DNA of 64,000 nucleotides, from NCBI RefSeq assembly GCF_009914755.1, contig NC_060928.1. One strand, given 5' to 3'. Positions within the stretch are counted from its first letter, which is position 1; every line of letters begins with the position of its first letter. The notes beneath the pieces are model-generated. The model saw only the letters and a list, made by a program, of their open reading frames with translations. It had not been told where the DNA came from and did not search any database. Positions 1 to 13,855 of this stretch are shown one piece after another. Position numbers and translations under genes: made by a program. This stretch comes from the human T2T-CHM13v2.0 reference genome, Homo sapiens.

Positions 1-172
1 GAGGGGTGCCTTCAATGTCATCAACATCAGAGCAGGGGCTAGCAGGCCAGTCCATGGGTCCACAGTAGATCTTAGTCACGGACTGCATCTGGGGCTCCAT
101 TTGAAGAATGATTTGTAGTTTTACAGCTTCGATTCTGGAAGAGACAAACTTAACAAGGGGGTTAAAGATACA
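1..172 (-). pseudogene. HERV-W env 3' remnant (end of TM / cytoplasmic tail)
   Basis: Minus-strand translation CIFNPLVKFVSSRIEAVKLQIILQMEPQMQSVTKIYCGPMDWPASPCSDVDDIEGTP resembles the syncytin-1/HERV-W Env C-terminus. Confidence 0.9.
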
Positions 173-199
173 GAGATTGAAATGTATGACCTGCAGTGC

Positions 200-813
200 A
201 GGGTATTATTTCTTCAGCACACTTCACAGGCCCTGACTATCTGCTTGATAGCTTTTAAAAGGCCTGGTCCAGTAAATAATGATTTGGCCATCTGATGGGT
301 GCTATCAATGCCTAAGTGAAAGGTTTGGTGAAGAATTTTAAGTAATTTCCATTGGTTAGCTGCAGGCAAAAGTATTTTCCTTCTTCAGTGGCTAGCCATC
401 CTGAGGGGAGGAAACTATGTCCTTGTGAGGTTCCCCATTCTATTTCTTCTGCTGAGTACTGGGGCTTGGTTTCCCAGAGGGGATTACACCTTACTAGGGG
501 TCCTTCTATAAGTATTTCTAATGGAGGGTTCCACCTTGCGGCTCTTTTCGCTTCAATATCTGCTTGGCAATTCCCTTCTATTTCCCTTTCCTTTCCTTTC
601 CTTTCTGGTGACCCCGGCAGTGTTAGATTGCCACCTCTTTAGGTTTCTGTACAGCCAATAATAATCTCCTAATGGCTTCCTGGTGTTTGTTAGGTGTTCC
701 CTCAGAAGTTAGGAATTCCCTTTCTCTCCATATTGCTGTGTGGGCATGGAGGACTAGGTAAGCATACTTACAGTCTGTATATAGATTTACCCTTTTTCCT
801 TCTCCTAATTCTA
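200..813 (-). pseudogene. HERV-W pol remnant: RNase H and integrase N-terminus (RT absent)
   Basis: LELGEGKRVNLYTDCKYAYLVLHAH, LHCRGHQKG, GNCQADIEAKRAA and the IN zinc-binding region LHQTFHLG…RACEVC. Confidence 0.88.
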
Positions 814-1134
814 GTGTATAATGGCCCCGGCTTTTGCTAGGATGTCTCTCCCTAAGAAAGGAGTGGGGCTTTCAGGCATAATTAGAAAGGCATGTGAAAA
901 GAGTAAAGTTCCTCAGTCACAACTTAGTGGCTCAGAGAAGTATCTAGTGACTGTCTGTCCTAGGAACCCTTGGATAGTGACAGATCTGGAGGACAGTTGT
1001 CCGGGAGAGGAGAGTAAGACTGAGAAGGCTGCACCAGTGTCCAGGAGGCAGTTAACCTCCTGGTCCTCAATGGTCAAGCATACCCGGGGCCCAGTGAGGG
1101 TGATGGCATGGGCTGGCACTTGCCCCAGGCACCC
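814..1134 (-). pseudogene. HERV-W protease remnant
   Basis: ORF 913..1119 contains the LLDTGA active-site motif and continues after a stop to PLLRERHPS/AKAGAIIH-like sequence. It follows the gag TGA at 1135-1137. Confidence 0.88.
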
Positions 1135-2158
1135 TCAGTCCTGCTGCTGGATCATCTGGTTAGTGGCTTCTGACTAAGAGAACCTTCATCCCCTGGGGCA
1201 GTGGGCCTTACAGTGATTCCCTTGACATAAGGGCATGGACAAGGGGGTGGATTATTTCTATTCAGACAATCTTTTTTAAAGTGTCCTTGTAGACCGCACT
1301 GGAAGCAGCCCCTATTAGGCATTTGATTTGCCCAGCCTTTCCCTGTTCCAGAGCCTCCAAAGTCCACTTGCCTGAAGGCCATGACTAAGGTGGCCTTTTT
1401 CTTATCCCATTTATCCCATTCTGCCTGCTCCTCTTGATCTCTATTATAAAAAACCAAGGCTGCCAAGTTCAATAGGGTTTCTAAGTTTTGCTCCGGGCCT
1501 AAGGCGGGCTCTTGAAGTATTTTTCTAATGTCTGCAGCTGACTGAATGATAAACTTATCCTTTAAGATAGTTGGCCCTCAATAGAGTCAGGTGACAGAAA
1601 GGTATGCTTCCTCAATGCCTCCCTTAGTCTCTCCAGAAAGGCAGTAGGATTTTCTTCCTTTCCCTGTGTTACAGTGGACATCATTGAATAATTTATAGAC
1701 TTCTTCCTAGTTTTCCTTAGTCTCCTATCACAAAAATTAGTAAATGTCTGTGGCACCAATCTCCATGTTCTGATTCTGCATCCCAATGAGGGTCTACACT
1801 GGGACCTGCCTGCTTACCTGTGGGGAATTGTTCTTTTTCCTCTGTTGTTATCCTATCTTTGACCTGACTGAGATATCAGAGATCGCCAAACTCTCAGGCT
1901 ACAGTTATGGTGGCACTTCTCTCATTTGGGGTTAGTGTCTGATCTAGCAGTAGCATTATATCTCTCCATGTCAGATCAAAGGATTCTCCTAACCTTTGTA
2001 AAACATCAATATAGCCGTCAGGGTTATCAGAGAATTTACCTAGGTCTATTTTAATTTGCTTCAAATCTGAGAGGGAAAAAGACAAATGCACTCTGACTGG
2101 GCCAAATTCTCCAGAATACATCTTAGGGGCATTTTTGCCTTGGGGGAATGTTTCCCAT
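1135..2158 (-). pseudogene. HERV-W gag remnant (MA largely deleted; CA major homology region and NC zinc knuckle visible)
   Basis: ATG at 2158 (MGNIP…), GEFGPVRVH, QGKEENPTAFLERLREAL (MHR) and a CX2CX4HX4C knuckle; several frameshifts and stops. Confidence 0.9.
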
Positions 2159-3264
2159 CTGAAAAAAGAACATAGGGATGCCACTACCCCTAGCCATTTT
2201 CCGATGAGCATTAGTCCTAGGGCATCCTTTATGGTCCTAATGCTTATTCCTTTCCAGGGTGTGTAACCACCCATGGACCTCTGCTTATCAAATTAGTTAT
2301 GCTCACCAATGTAGCAGTCCTGCACCCCTTTTCCTGCCTTTCTTGACCACAAAGAAAGGGGTCCAGGCTGCTGGATTCTAGTGGTCCTTTACCAGAGTGC
2401 CCAACATTGCCTTTGTGCTCAGGGGTGAGTCCTAGAGCTGGGCTGGGTTCCTGAGTATTTCATAACAACCCAGCTGCCCCATCAAGATGCATCCCTATAA
2501 ACAACAGTTCTTATGCAAATTCATTTCAGAGAGGGTGTAGGTAACCTTTTGAGTCAGGATTGAGATAGTTTTTTGATTCTGTAAGTACTTTAAGGCTTGG
2601 CTGAGTGCAAACAGCTCACACGTTTGGGCAGACCAATTATTAAGCAATTCTCCTAACTCTGCTTCCATAAGAGACTCCCTGTCAATTACTGCATACACAT
2701 TGTGGTTTTTTTTCTCAATCACCCGGGAGGAACCATCTGTTGTCCTGTCCTGAAGGGAGTTCCTCCTTAGTCTGGTCGGACCTTTGTATGGTAATTAAGA
2801 TTTAAATCCCCTGTTAGGAAATCTGCTGGGTTAAGGGAATTTTCAGTGATTAATGTTAAATCACCTTTTTCTAATAGAATAGCCCTATACTTTAAGATTT
2901 TTGAGTTAGTGAGCTACGTTTTTGCTTTTTTTTTTTGACTTAGGATAGCTCTGAACTGGTGAGGTGTGCTCACAATGAGGTTTCCTCTAAAAGTTATTTT
3001 TTTACTATCTTCTGTTAGCAAAGCAGTTGCCGCTACAGATTGAATGCATTTGGCCCATCCACGGGTTACTGGGTTAAGAATTTTTTATAGGAAGTCTACG
3101 GGCTGTCAGTGGTCTCAGTGTTTTCAGGCTACACCCTTGTTTACGCTGACAACAAGGTAGTATTGGAGGGTTATAGGGTCACGGAGAAGACCTTCAATTA
3201 TCAATTATAGGTTTTAAATTTACCCTGGCTTTTAAAGGAATAGGGCACACTTTTTTCTTTACTA

Positions 3265-3405
3265 CTTCTGTCTTTCTCTTTTTTTCTCTCTTTGACTCCC
3301 TCTTTGTCTCTCTGCCTCTTTCCTTTCTCTCTCTGCTTCTCTTTCCTCTCTCTCTCTCCCCTCTCTCTCTCCCTCTCTCTCCCTCTCTTTTTCCTCTCTC
3401 TCTCT
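3265..3405. repeat. (CT)n/(AG)n low-complexity tract in the HERV-W leader
   Basis: Run of ctctct/ttctct; it explains the spurious ER-rich ORF 3201..3416. Confidence 0.9.
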
Positions 3406-4279
3406 AACTTACTCAATTCGCCTTCAACCTGATCTATTATTTGCCTTAGACCCAGTTCCAGTTGTTAAAGTACTGGGTTATCACTTCTAAGGCCCTGGCC
3501 AAGGAGCCAAGGCTTGGAGATTGTATTGCAGAGGGGTCAGCTGGGTAGAAATTGGGGAAGGAGAGCATCTTACACAATGGGAGGGCAATCTTCCTAGCCA
3601 TTTACAAACTTGGGGCCCTGGCAAGGGTGGTGGGGAACAGGTCCCACATAACTGCCCATGTCAAGAGCTGTATGCCTAAATTGGGAGGGACACCAGAGAC
3701 AAGACTCTCTGGGTTCATAGCCTAGGGGCATAAAGACGCAGTGTAGAGCTTCCTTAGATACCTTTGGAGATACAACTTGCTAGAGGAAATGAAAGTCTGA
3801 ACCATTAGTGCCTAGGAGGCAGGGATCAGAGGAAATAGATACAGAGGTAAGGAGAATTTTGAGGCTACACTTTCAAGAAAGTCGTGGTCAGGACCCAGGA
3901 GGTATGGGTCAGAAGGAAAGGTAGGGGTGCATGCATAGGCAACTGTTGAGAAGAGACTTCTGGCTGCACCGTGATCTCAACCAGCTAATGCTGAGAGTTT
4001 GGGATGACAGCTTTCTGCCACTAGTCAGCCCTCAGCTTCCCCAGGAAAATTGTGAAAGTGGAAGCTGGTTCCAGGCAGACCAACACTCCCAACCCAGAAG
4101 GGTTGGGGGTTGTTAGAAAGCCCTTCCCAGGAAGGCTGACACCTGAGTCTTTAGTCTGGCAGCCACGCTAATCATTTTTAACTGGCTGACAGGTGCCCAG
4201 TATTTTCCTCCAATTCTAAGGAAGGATAGGACAGAATAGCAAGTGAAAGTGGTCTGATATTACTCACTGCTTTGGAGAA

Positions 4280-4298
4280 TCCCCATATGAGGCCACTA
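4280..4298 (-). promoter_or_regulatory. Primer binding site of the HERV-W element, tRNA-Ile(AAT)-like
   Basis: TAGTGGCCTCATATGGGGA sits 2 nt after the U5 CA; compare TGGTGGCCCGTACGGGGA, the complement of the tRNA-Ile 3' end. Confidence 0.7.
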
Positions 4299-4300
4299 AA

Positions 4301-4414
4301 TGTTATGGGCGGGTCTTTGTTCTTAGAGCTCCCAAGATGGGGGCAGCCCATCCCCATCTTGGGAGTGGCCCGCCACATCTTGGGAGCTCTAAGAACAAAG
4401 ACCTGCCCATAACA
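4301..4414. repeat. 39-bp inverted repeat made of the LTR17 U5 terminus
   Basis: 4301-4339 is the reverse complement of 4376-4414 with one mismatch; spacer is 36 nt. Confidence 0.95.
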
Positions 4415-4619
4415 GTAGGAGCTTTTTAAGCATGTACTTCAAGAAAAAAGAAACATTTTTGTGTTTAAAGTTAAAAATAAAAATGAAAGAGTGAGAGACT
4501 TGATTTGGGAGTTGACATGTCCTTTACTCAGAGGTATCAGGACCTGGGAGCCTTTCACCCACATAAAACACTCTAGAGTTTACAAAACATTCCTATATTC
4601 CATTGCTTCTTTGATCTTT

Positions 4620-5090
4620 ATACACTGTGAGGTGGTGCAAAATAGAGGCTTGAGCCCCATTTTTCATATAAAAAAAGATGGGGCTAAGAAAGACAAAGAT
4701 AACACACAAAGCTTGGGTCAGAACTGGAACTGGAACACAGGACTCTCAAACCAGTGCTTTTCCTGTCACTAAATCACATGTAGGGCTAAGAATACATTAA
4801 GACTGCAAAAGATAGAGAATTGCTCAATGCATTCCACCAAGATTAGACCTGACCCACTCCAGAAAGCTAAGCCACTCTGGGGCCCTGGGGTGGAAAACTC
4901 AAGGAAGAGAATGATGCCTACATTTGCACATCTGAGCTCCAATCCAAGTGCTGCTACTCAGCTACAGAGCCTCACTTTCTCAGCCTCACCTTTTTCTGCT
5001 ATAAAATGGAACTATGGAAGGCACCAAAAATCTCAGCATAAGGGCAGAACTGCACTCTAAATGCAGGAGTACCTGGCAGGTGGAAAGCAC
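4620..5090. mobile_element. Degenerate MIR/L2-like SINE fragments
   Basis: MIR-like motifs ccccattttt…ggggctaaga and ctcagcctcacctttttctgctataaaatgg; boundaries approximate. Confidence 0.45.
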
Positions 5091-5204
5091 TCACTGACTT
5101 TTAGTTTAAGCACATGAGTAATATGTTGTGTTTCATTGTGTCTCTTCCATGGTGTTTCATTCATGGCTCCAGATCCTGGGGGCTTCTGATCAACCCTCCT
5201 GCTA

Positions 5205-5275
5205 AGTGATGGATGACTAGATGAATGAATGGGTGGATGAAAGTATGGATGGAAACATGGATGGATGGATGAATG
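5205..5275. repeat. (TGGA)n simple repeat
   Basis: gatggatga…tggatggatggatgaatg. Confidence 0.85.
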
Positions 5276-6224
5276 CTCAGGAGAGCAGAAAGAAGTAAAT
5301 GGAGTCAAAATGAGAATGAGGAGATGACTGAAGGATAAAGAGTTGATTTATGAGATAGAGGCATGGTCTCCAACCCTCCTATCCCCACACAGCCTCACCA
5401 ACACCTGCCTTGGGGTAGCAGTGGCACTTGCTTCAGATGATGTCCCCAGGCACCATGACATAGCTGCAGAAGATGCCATAGACCTGAGGCTGATCATGGC
5501 TCATGAGAAACGTGCTAAGAGCCAGCAGAAAAAACCCAGCAGCACAATAAAGTTGATGTTGAAGCTCTTCTCATCTGCCATGGCTGCCTGGCCAGGTCAT
5601 AGACTATGCACTCCTGGCAGAGGGGGTCCACGTCATCCAGCATAAACACCCAGACAGGCTCACAGGGAGGCATGAAGCCCTGTGATTGCTGCCAATTGAG
5701 GCTTAAAGTTAAAAGGAGAACAAGACCCCCTCAGGTCCAGACCCAGTGCCTGGGCCCACAAGTTCAGGTGGCAAGAGGGAGCGCACTTCAGTGAAAAATT
5801 GCACCCACCCACTCAACTTCATTCCTCACCATCCTGCCTTCCCTGCAGGCTAAGCAGTCCTGCAGGGCACCTATGAATCTGAATGAGAGAGTATTCAGGA
5901 AAGAGGGAAGGGAAAGTTACCAGGACTGGGCCCCAGCCAAGGATTTGACATCACCTTATTTGCCTACTATAGGGATGAACTAGGTGGACAGGTGGCCATA
6001 TTATTACACTATATTAATACATATACACCTTTCAGCCCTGGGAAGCAGCATACAAGTCTGCAGGGAAAAGATGTTAGAATGCTGCTGGAGGATTCCGGGA
6101 TCTCACAGGCTGGATTTCAGAGTCCTGAATTTTAGACTTTTCAAGGACATGTGCCCATCTGGGGTTCAGGCATAATAGTCTATATTAACTGATGGTGACT
6201 GTGTGCATGTCACCATAACATGTT

Positions 6225-6560
6225 ACATTATTAACTCACTTAAGGGACTCCATGAGGCAGGTACTGCTATCTTCACTTTACAGAGGACATTGAGCACAGG
6301 CAAGTAACTTGCCCATGGTCACAAACCTGGAAATAGCAGAGCAGCTGGGATATGCACCCAGAGTCTGTGTACTTAGCCACAGTGCAGTCCTGCTTAACTG
6401 CAGAACAAAATTATGTGTGTGAGCTCTGATGGCAAGGCAAGCTGGCTGGGTTTAGATCCTGGCTCCTCTACTCTGGGGCAGAATGGTTGATCAAGTTACC
6501 TACTGTGCTTCATTTTCCTCCTCTGTAAAAGGGGCATAATAACTGTGCCTCCTAGGTTTG
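6225..6560. mobile_element. Two MIR fragments in opposite orientations
   Basis: catgaggcaggtactgctatcttcactttacagagg…gtaacttgcccatggtcaca, and cctggctcctctact…ttttcctcctctgtaaaaggggcataataac. Confidence 0.65.
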
Positions 6561-6655
6561 GAGCTGTCTTTGAGCCTAGCCTTTCTTTGTTCCCCTGTAC
6601 CCTTCACATTCTGTGCACCATCCAGGCCTGCTTTTAATGAGCTTCTCCCATTCCC

Positions 6656-6929
6656 CACCATGACTCTGGTAAATTAATATCTGTGCAGCATGTGAATGAC
6701 TGATAGCAACTAACTCAATTTCCTTGCATCCTAACCCAGAGAGATGCCTTCCTAAGAATGGTATTCTAATTTAGGATTTTAGTCCTGGGGACACCATGAC
6801 TCTGGTAAATTAATATCTGTGCAGCGTGTGAATGACTGATAGCAACTAACTCAATTTCCTTGCATCCTAACCCAGAGAGATGCCTTCCTAAGAATGGTAT
6901 TCTAATTTAGGATTTTAGTCCTGGGGACA
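6656..6929. repeat. 136-bp direct tandem duplication (2 copies)
   Basis: caccatgactctggtaaatt…agtcctgggga starts at 6656 and again at 6792; one mismatch seen (gcatgt/gcgtgt). Confidence 0.97.
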
Positions 6930-7579
6930 GGCTGATGAGAGAGATAAGATTCCTTTACAGGATTACAGGAAAATAAGAACTATCAGTATCTCTAAAACAG
7001 AATGTTCACTTGGAGTGTTGATGGGGTTAAATGGCTGATGCAGGATAAAAGGCTTTCATTTGGCTCAGTGACTTGCTGGGTTTGGGGATTTTTCTCTTCT
7101 TGGTCATCACCTCCTGCCTTTTGCCCACCCCATGATGGTGCTTGTTCCCCTAACGCCACACCTGTGCTCACACCAAGCCTTCTGCCTGGTAGTCCTACCT
7201 ACAGACCTGTTTTGTTTTTTCTTTTTCTAGACAATTAAGCTCAGAGTGATCTTTAACATGCCAGTCAATATTAATAAAACACAAGTCAAAGACAAGAGCA
7301 AAGATATTTTAGATCAAAATTAGTGAGAAAACAATGGAAAAATTGTATTTCTTTTTGCAAAATCTGTTTGCCAGTATGACTAGTCAAATGGCTAATCACA
7401 GATACAATGTATTTTGTGAAAAACTTAGAATGTCAGAAATAATTCTGGCATTTCAAACAGCTGTGTAGAGGATTACCAAGATCAGTTTATATACACAAAC
7501 ACTGCAGACAAACCTGGCAAAATATTGAACATCAGACTAACAGTACAATCGGATACAAAACTGGGGAGGAAGGAGGAGG

Positions 7580-7906
7580 TTTTTTTGTTTGTTTGTTTGT
7601 TTGTTTATTTGTTTGTTTTTGAGACAGAGTCACGCACTGTAGCCCAGGCTGGAGTACAGTGGTGTGATCTTGGCTCACTGCAACCTCTGCCTCCTAAGTC
7701 CTGATTCAGGCAATTTTTGTGCCTCAGCCTCCCAAGTAGCTGGGATTACAGGCATGTGCCACCATGTCCAGCTAATTTTTGTATTTTTAGTAGAGACAGG
7801 GTTTCACCATGTTGGCCAGGCTGGTCTTGAACTCATGACCTCATGATCCACCCACCTCAGCCTCCCAAAGTGCTGGCATTACAGGCATGAGTCACCGTGC
7901 CTGGCT
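7580..7906 (-). mobile_element. AluS inserted in the WEE1 pseudogene 3' UTR
   Basis: (tttg)n tail followed by gagacagagtc…ccgtgcctggc. Confidence 0.92.
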
Positions 7907-9333
7907 GGTTTTTTGTTTTGTTTTGTTTTTGTTTTTTTTAGAGTCAGACTAGTACAATACCAGAAAAAATTACCAAACTCAGTAAATATTATTTGGCATT
8001 AATACAAAATTCCAAAGGTGAGGGGAAGGTGCATTTTTTTTTAATGCACCAGGTTTAAAGTTCAAAGGATAAAAGGCAAATAGTTGTTTTCATCAAGAGC
8101 AGCTGTACATTTCACATAATTTTTTCAAAAGGAAAGGCTATTAACAACAGTGATTATTTAATGCTGCAAGTTTACAGCAAAGACAAAACTAAATAGCAAA
8201 TTCACAAGGCAATACTTCCACAGAACTATCATCCCATGTCTCATGCAATGCCTAAAAAGTGCTCTTAATTGGATATACAAGTATAATTAACGTTAAAAAA
8301 GAAGAAATATAAATTTGACACGCAGATACATTAAAGGCTGAGTAGTAATGAGTGGTTTTAATATTTGCCTTGTCGAGAGGAGAATATGTTTGTCATCAAG
8401 CACTTGAATCCTTTCCCCAGGTCACTACAGGAAAAGATATCTTCATTAAAGTGCAACAGCACACTGAGAGCAACACACCACCACAGCAGTTAATTTTGGA
8501 AAGGCCACTGTAAGCTCCACTAGTGACTGACATTTTACAGATGACAGATTGGTGAGTACACAAAAGCCTGAAAAAGCTATGGTCAAAATACAGCTTTCAA
8601 TTGTAATTCACAAATAAAAGTCCTAATCAGTAAAACTACTGACACCAATAGAGAGAGTAATTGCAAATTGAATTCTAGCAGTGATTTCAACCTAGCTTGC
8701 TTTTATCACAGTGTTATTTTGGTGGGGTGGTTAGGTAGGAAATGAGTAGCTTAGTATACTGGAAGGCTGATAGAGCACTTAATTTTCTTTCTAATAAGTC
8801 AAGATGTTGTGTTCCTCTGGGTGGTGGACCTACTGGCCTCTGATCAGTGAAAAGTGCTCCTTCCTCAGCTGCAGCCTTCGATATCTGTGCTTTCATGATT
8901 TATTTAGGTAAAAGTGTATTTTCGGACTTCTCAACATTCAGTTCTATACATAACTGTTCTCCTCTCTCTAGAAGCAAGCAGCAACATTGAATGCTTTATC
9001 AGGGCAATTGCTGAAGGTTTCTCTCTGGATCTGGATGAATCATAAATTTGGGCAACTCTGTAAATTCTTGGAAAAGCCTATGTGGTATCTGAGGTAATCT
9101 TTTCTACCTGATTCCATGCCACTGGTCTCCATTCCTGGGAAGAGATTCAGCACCAGCAGCACATACCACTGTGAGGGCAAGTACAAAATACCTGCTTTTA
9201 GTAGATGATATAGTTCTTCTGTAAAACTTCATTTCCAAAAAAAGGACTATCATCCTGTTAAATCTGTGGACTAGAGATCCTTGTTACATGCCCAGGATTA
9301 CCTATTTTAAGTATAACTTTGTTGGATGCCTAG

Positions 9334-11969
<2,636 letters not shown>

Positions 11970-13402
11970 CCCATTCATCTTCATCCCCTTCTTCAGAGGC
12001 TGCATTGGGGATTGAGGTTTGAGACATGGAAATATTACCGGTTTCATGTCCATGTGAATCAAAGACATTGAATGAATATACCTCAAGCACCAGCCAACTT
12101 GCAGAAGGAGATCCTTCACCTCTGCTTGTTAAAAGTAACTCATGATTCTGTAATTTGTATTTGTAGCATCAACTGACTTTCCACCATCACAATATCCATT
12201 CTGTGTAAGCATATGAGCATCTGCCCAAGCAGACAAGTAAGTGCCAAACTACGCAAATGCTGTCCAAGCACTGTGTGAGCATAAACTTTTCTGAAAGCAT
12301 TCTGCTCATGAACAGAGCCAGCCAGTGACTTTTCTGATCACTTAATGCACTTATCCAGCCTCTCCACAGGCAGCCCATGGGGTCTCCCGGGAGTGTTGGC
12401 ATTGGGGCGGCCTTGGTGCTGTCCCAAGCCCCATTCCCTAGCTTGTGCAGTGCCATGAGGTTGGACTCCTGGGTGCGTCCTGGGCTCTGGCCCACCCGCG
12501 ATGCCATCTGCCTGTGTGGCCAGACCCAGCTCCACCCTGCGGGGCTCCGCAGCTCGGGGTCACCCAGGGGTGTGGTCCCAGCTTTGCCCTCAATGCCCAT
12601 GCTGTCCGCCCCGGCCCTGGCTTGGCTGACAGTGGCCAGTCCAGGTGGGGCTTGGGCTAGGGGCACGGCCCTCCCACCTTTCCGGAATCCAAGTCCTCGC
12701 CGCCACTGCCAGGTCCTGCCAATACCCCTGGTGGCCCTGGCAACACCCCAGTTGCAGCATCGCCATCGCAGGGCAGACCCCGGCCAACCTCAAAGCGACT
12801 GTGCAGTGGGGCCAATGAGGACTAGGGCTGTGCAGCACAGCCAGGGTGGGGGTGGCGGGCCACCAGGAGCTGCTTGGAACCAAGGATCCTGGGGCCATCC
12901 CACCCCGCACAGCTCTGGGTGAGCTTGGGGAGGGAGACACACTCTCATCCTACCTCGCCCCACCCGACAGCGCTCCGAGTCCTGAGTCCCCTCACCCCCA
13001 TTCTACAGACACAAAGCTGAGGCCAAAGACAGGACGCTCACTTCCTGAGTATTTGCTGCCTGCTGCGTGGACACCACCAACCTATTGTTTACAGCAGTCA
13101 GAGACCCGCCCCCCAGACCCCCAGGACCCCCAGGACCCCACTCCCTGGCAAGGAGGGTGTCCTCAGCAATGGTGACCCACACCAAAGCGCTCCCCATCCA
13201 GGGTCACTGCCCCAGCCGGTGTGAGGCCTGTAGGGCACTGGGGATGCGCGACTGACTCCCCTAAACCTGCTTTTCCCACGTCAGGGAGGGCTGCACACCC
13301 AACTCAGCTCTGTGAGGACGGACTGATGTTGGCATGCAGGCTGTGGCCGTGAAGGGAGGGTTTGTGGAGGGGCGATTTGTGAGCCTGGAGGAAGTATGGG
13401 CC

Positions 13403-13855
13403 GTGTGTGTGTGTGTGTAACTGTGTGTGTGACTCTGTGAGTGTATGACTGTGTGTGACTGTGTGTGTGACTGTGTGTGTGTGGGTGACTGTGTGTGAGA
13501 TTGTGTGTGACTGTGTGTGACGATGTATGTGTGTGATCCTGTGTGTGACTGTGTGTATGTATGAACTGTGTGTATGTGTGACTGTGTTTTTTTGACTCTG
13601 CGTCAGTGACTGTGTATGACTGTGTGTGACTGTGTGACTGTGTGTGGGTATGAGTGTGTGTGTGAGTTCATGTGTGAGTGAGTGACTGCATGAGTGCGTG
13701 TGTGTGACTCTGTGGGTGGTGTGGGAGACTGTGTGGCTATGTGTGTGACAGCATATGTGTCTCTGTGTGTGTGTCTGTGAGACTGAGAGACTGTGTGTGA
13801 GACTGTGTGTATGTGACTTTGTGTGTGTGTGTGAGTGTGAGTGTGCATGTGTGTA
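13403..13855. repeat. (TG)n/(TGTGAC)n degenerate microsatellite array
   Basis: About 450 bp of tgtgtgtgac variants. Confidence 0.93.

Larger units (their letters stand above)
1..4414 (-). mobile_element. HERV-W (HERV17/LTR17) defective element with large internal deletions; continues beyond the left edge
   Basis: The minus strand reads U5 end (…gggagctctaagaacaaagacccgcccataaca), PBS, ~2-kb AG-rich leader, gag, pro, RNase H/IN start and env tail. Peptides match HERV-W recalled from memory (VFYNRDQEEQAE, CFQCGLQGHFKKDC, LLDTGAAFSVL, VSSRIEAVKLQ). Confidence 0.93.

Noticed and set aside
3201-3416. Charged ER/K-rich ORF
   Set aside because: Translation of the (AG)n tract in the HERV-W leader.
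6656-6929. CRISPR-like or prokaryotic repeat array (also 46492-46548 and 63850-64000)
   Set aside because: Eukaryotic DNA; the repeats are head-to-tail with no unique spacers.
12187-13255. Several 100-180-aa ORFs on both strands
   Set aside because: Expected in GC-rich DNA with few stops; only short off-frame WEE1 pieces are recognisable.
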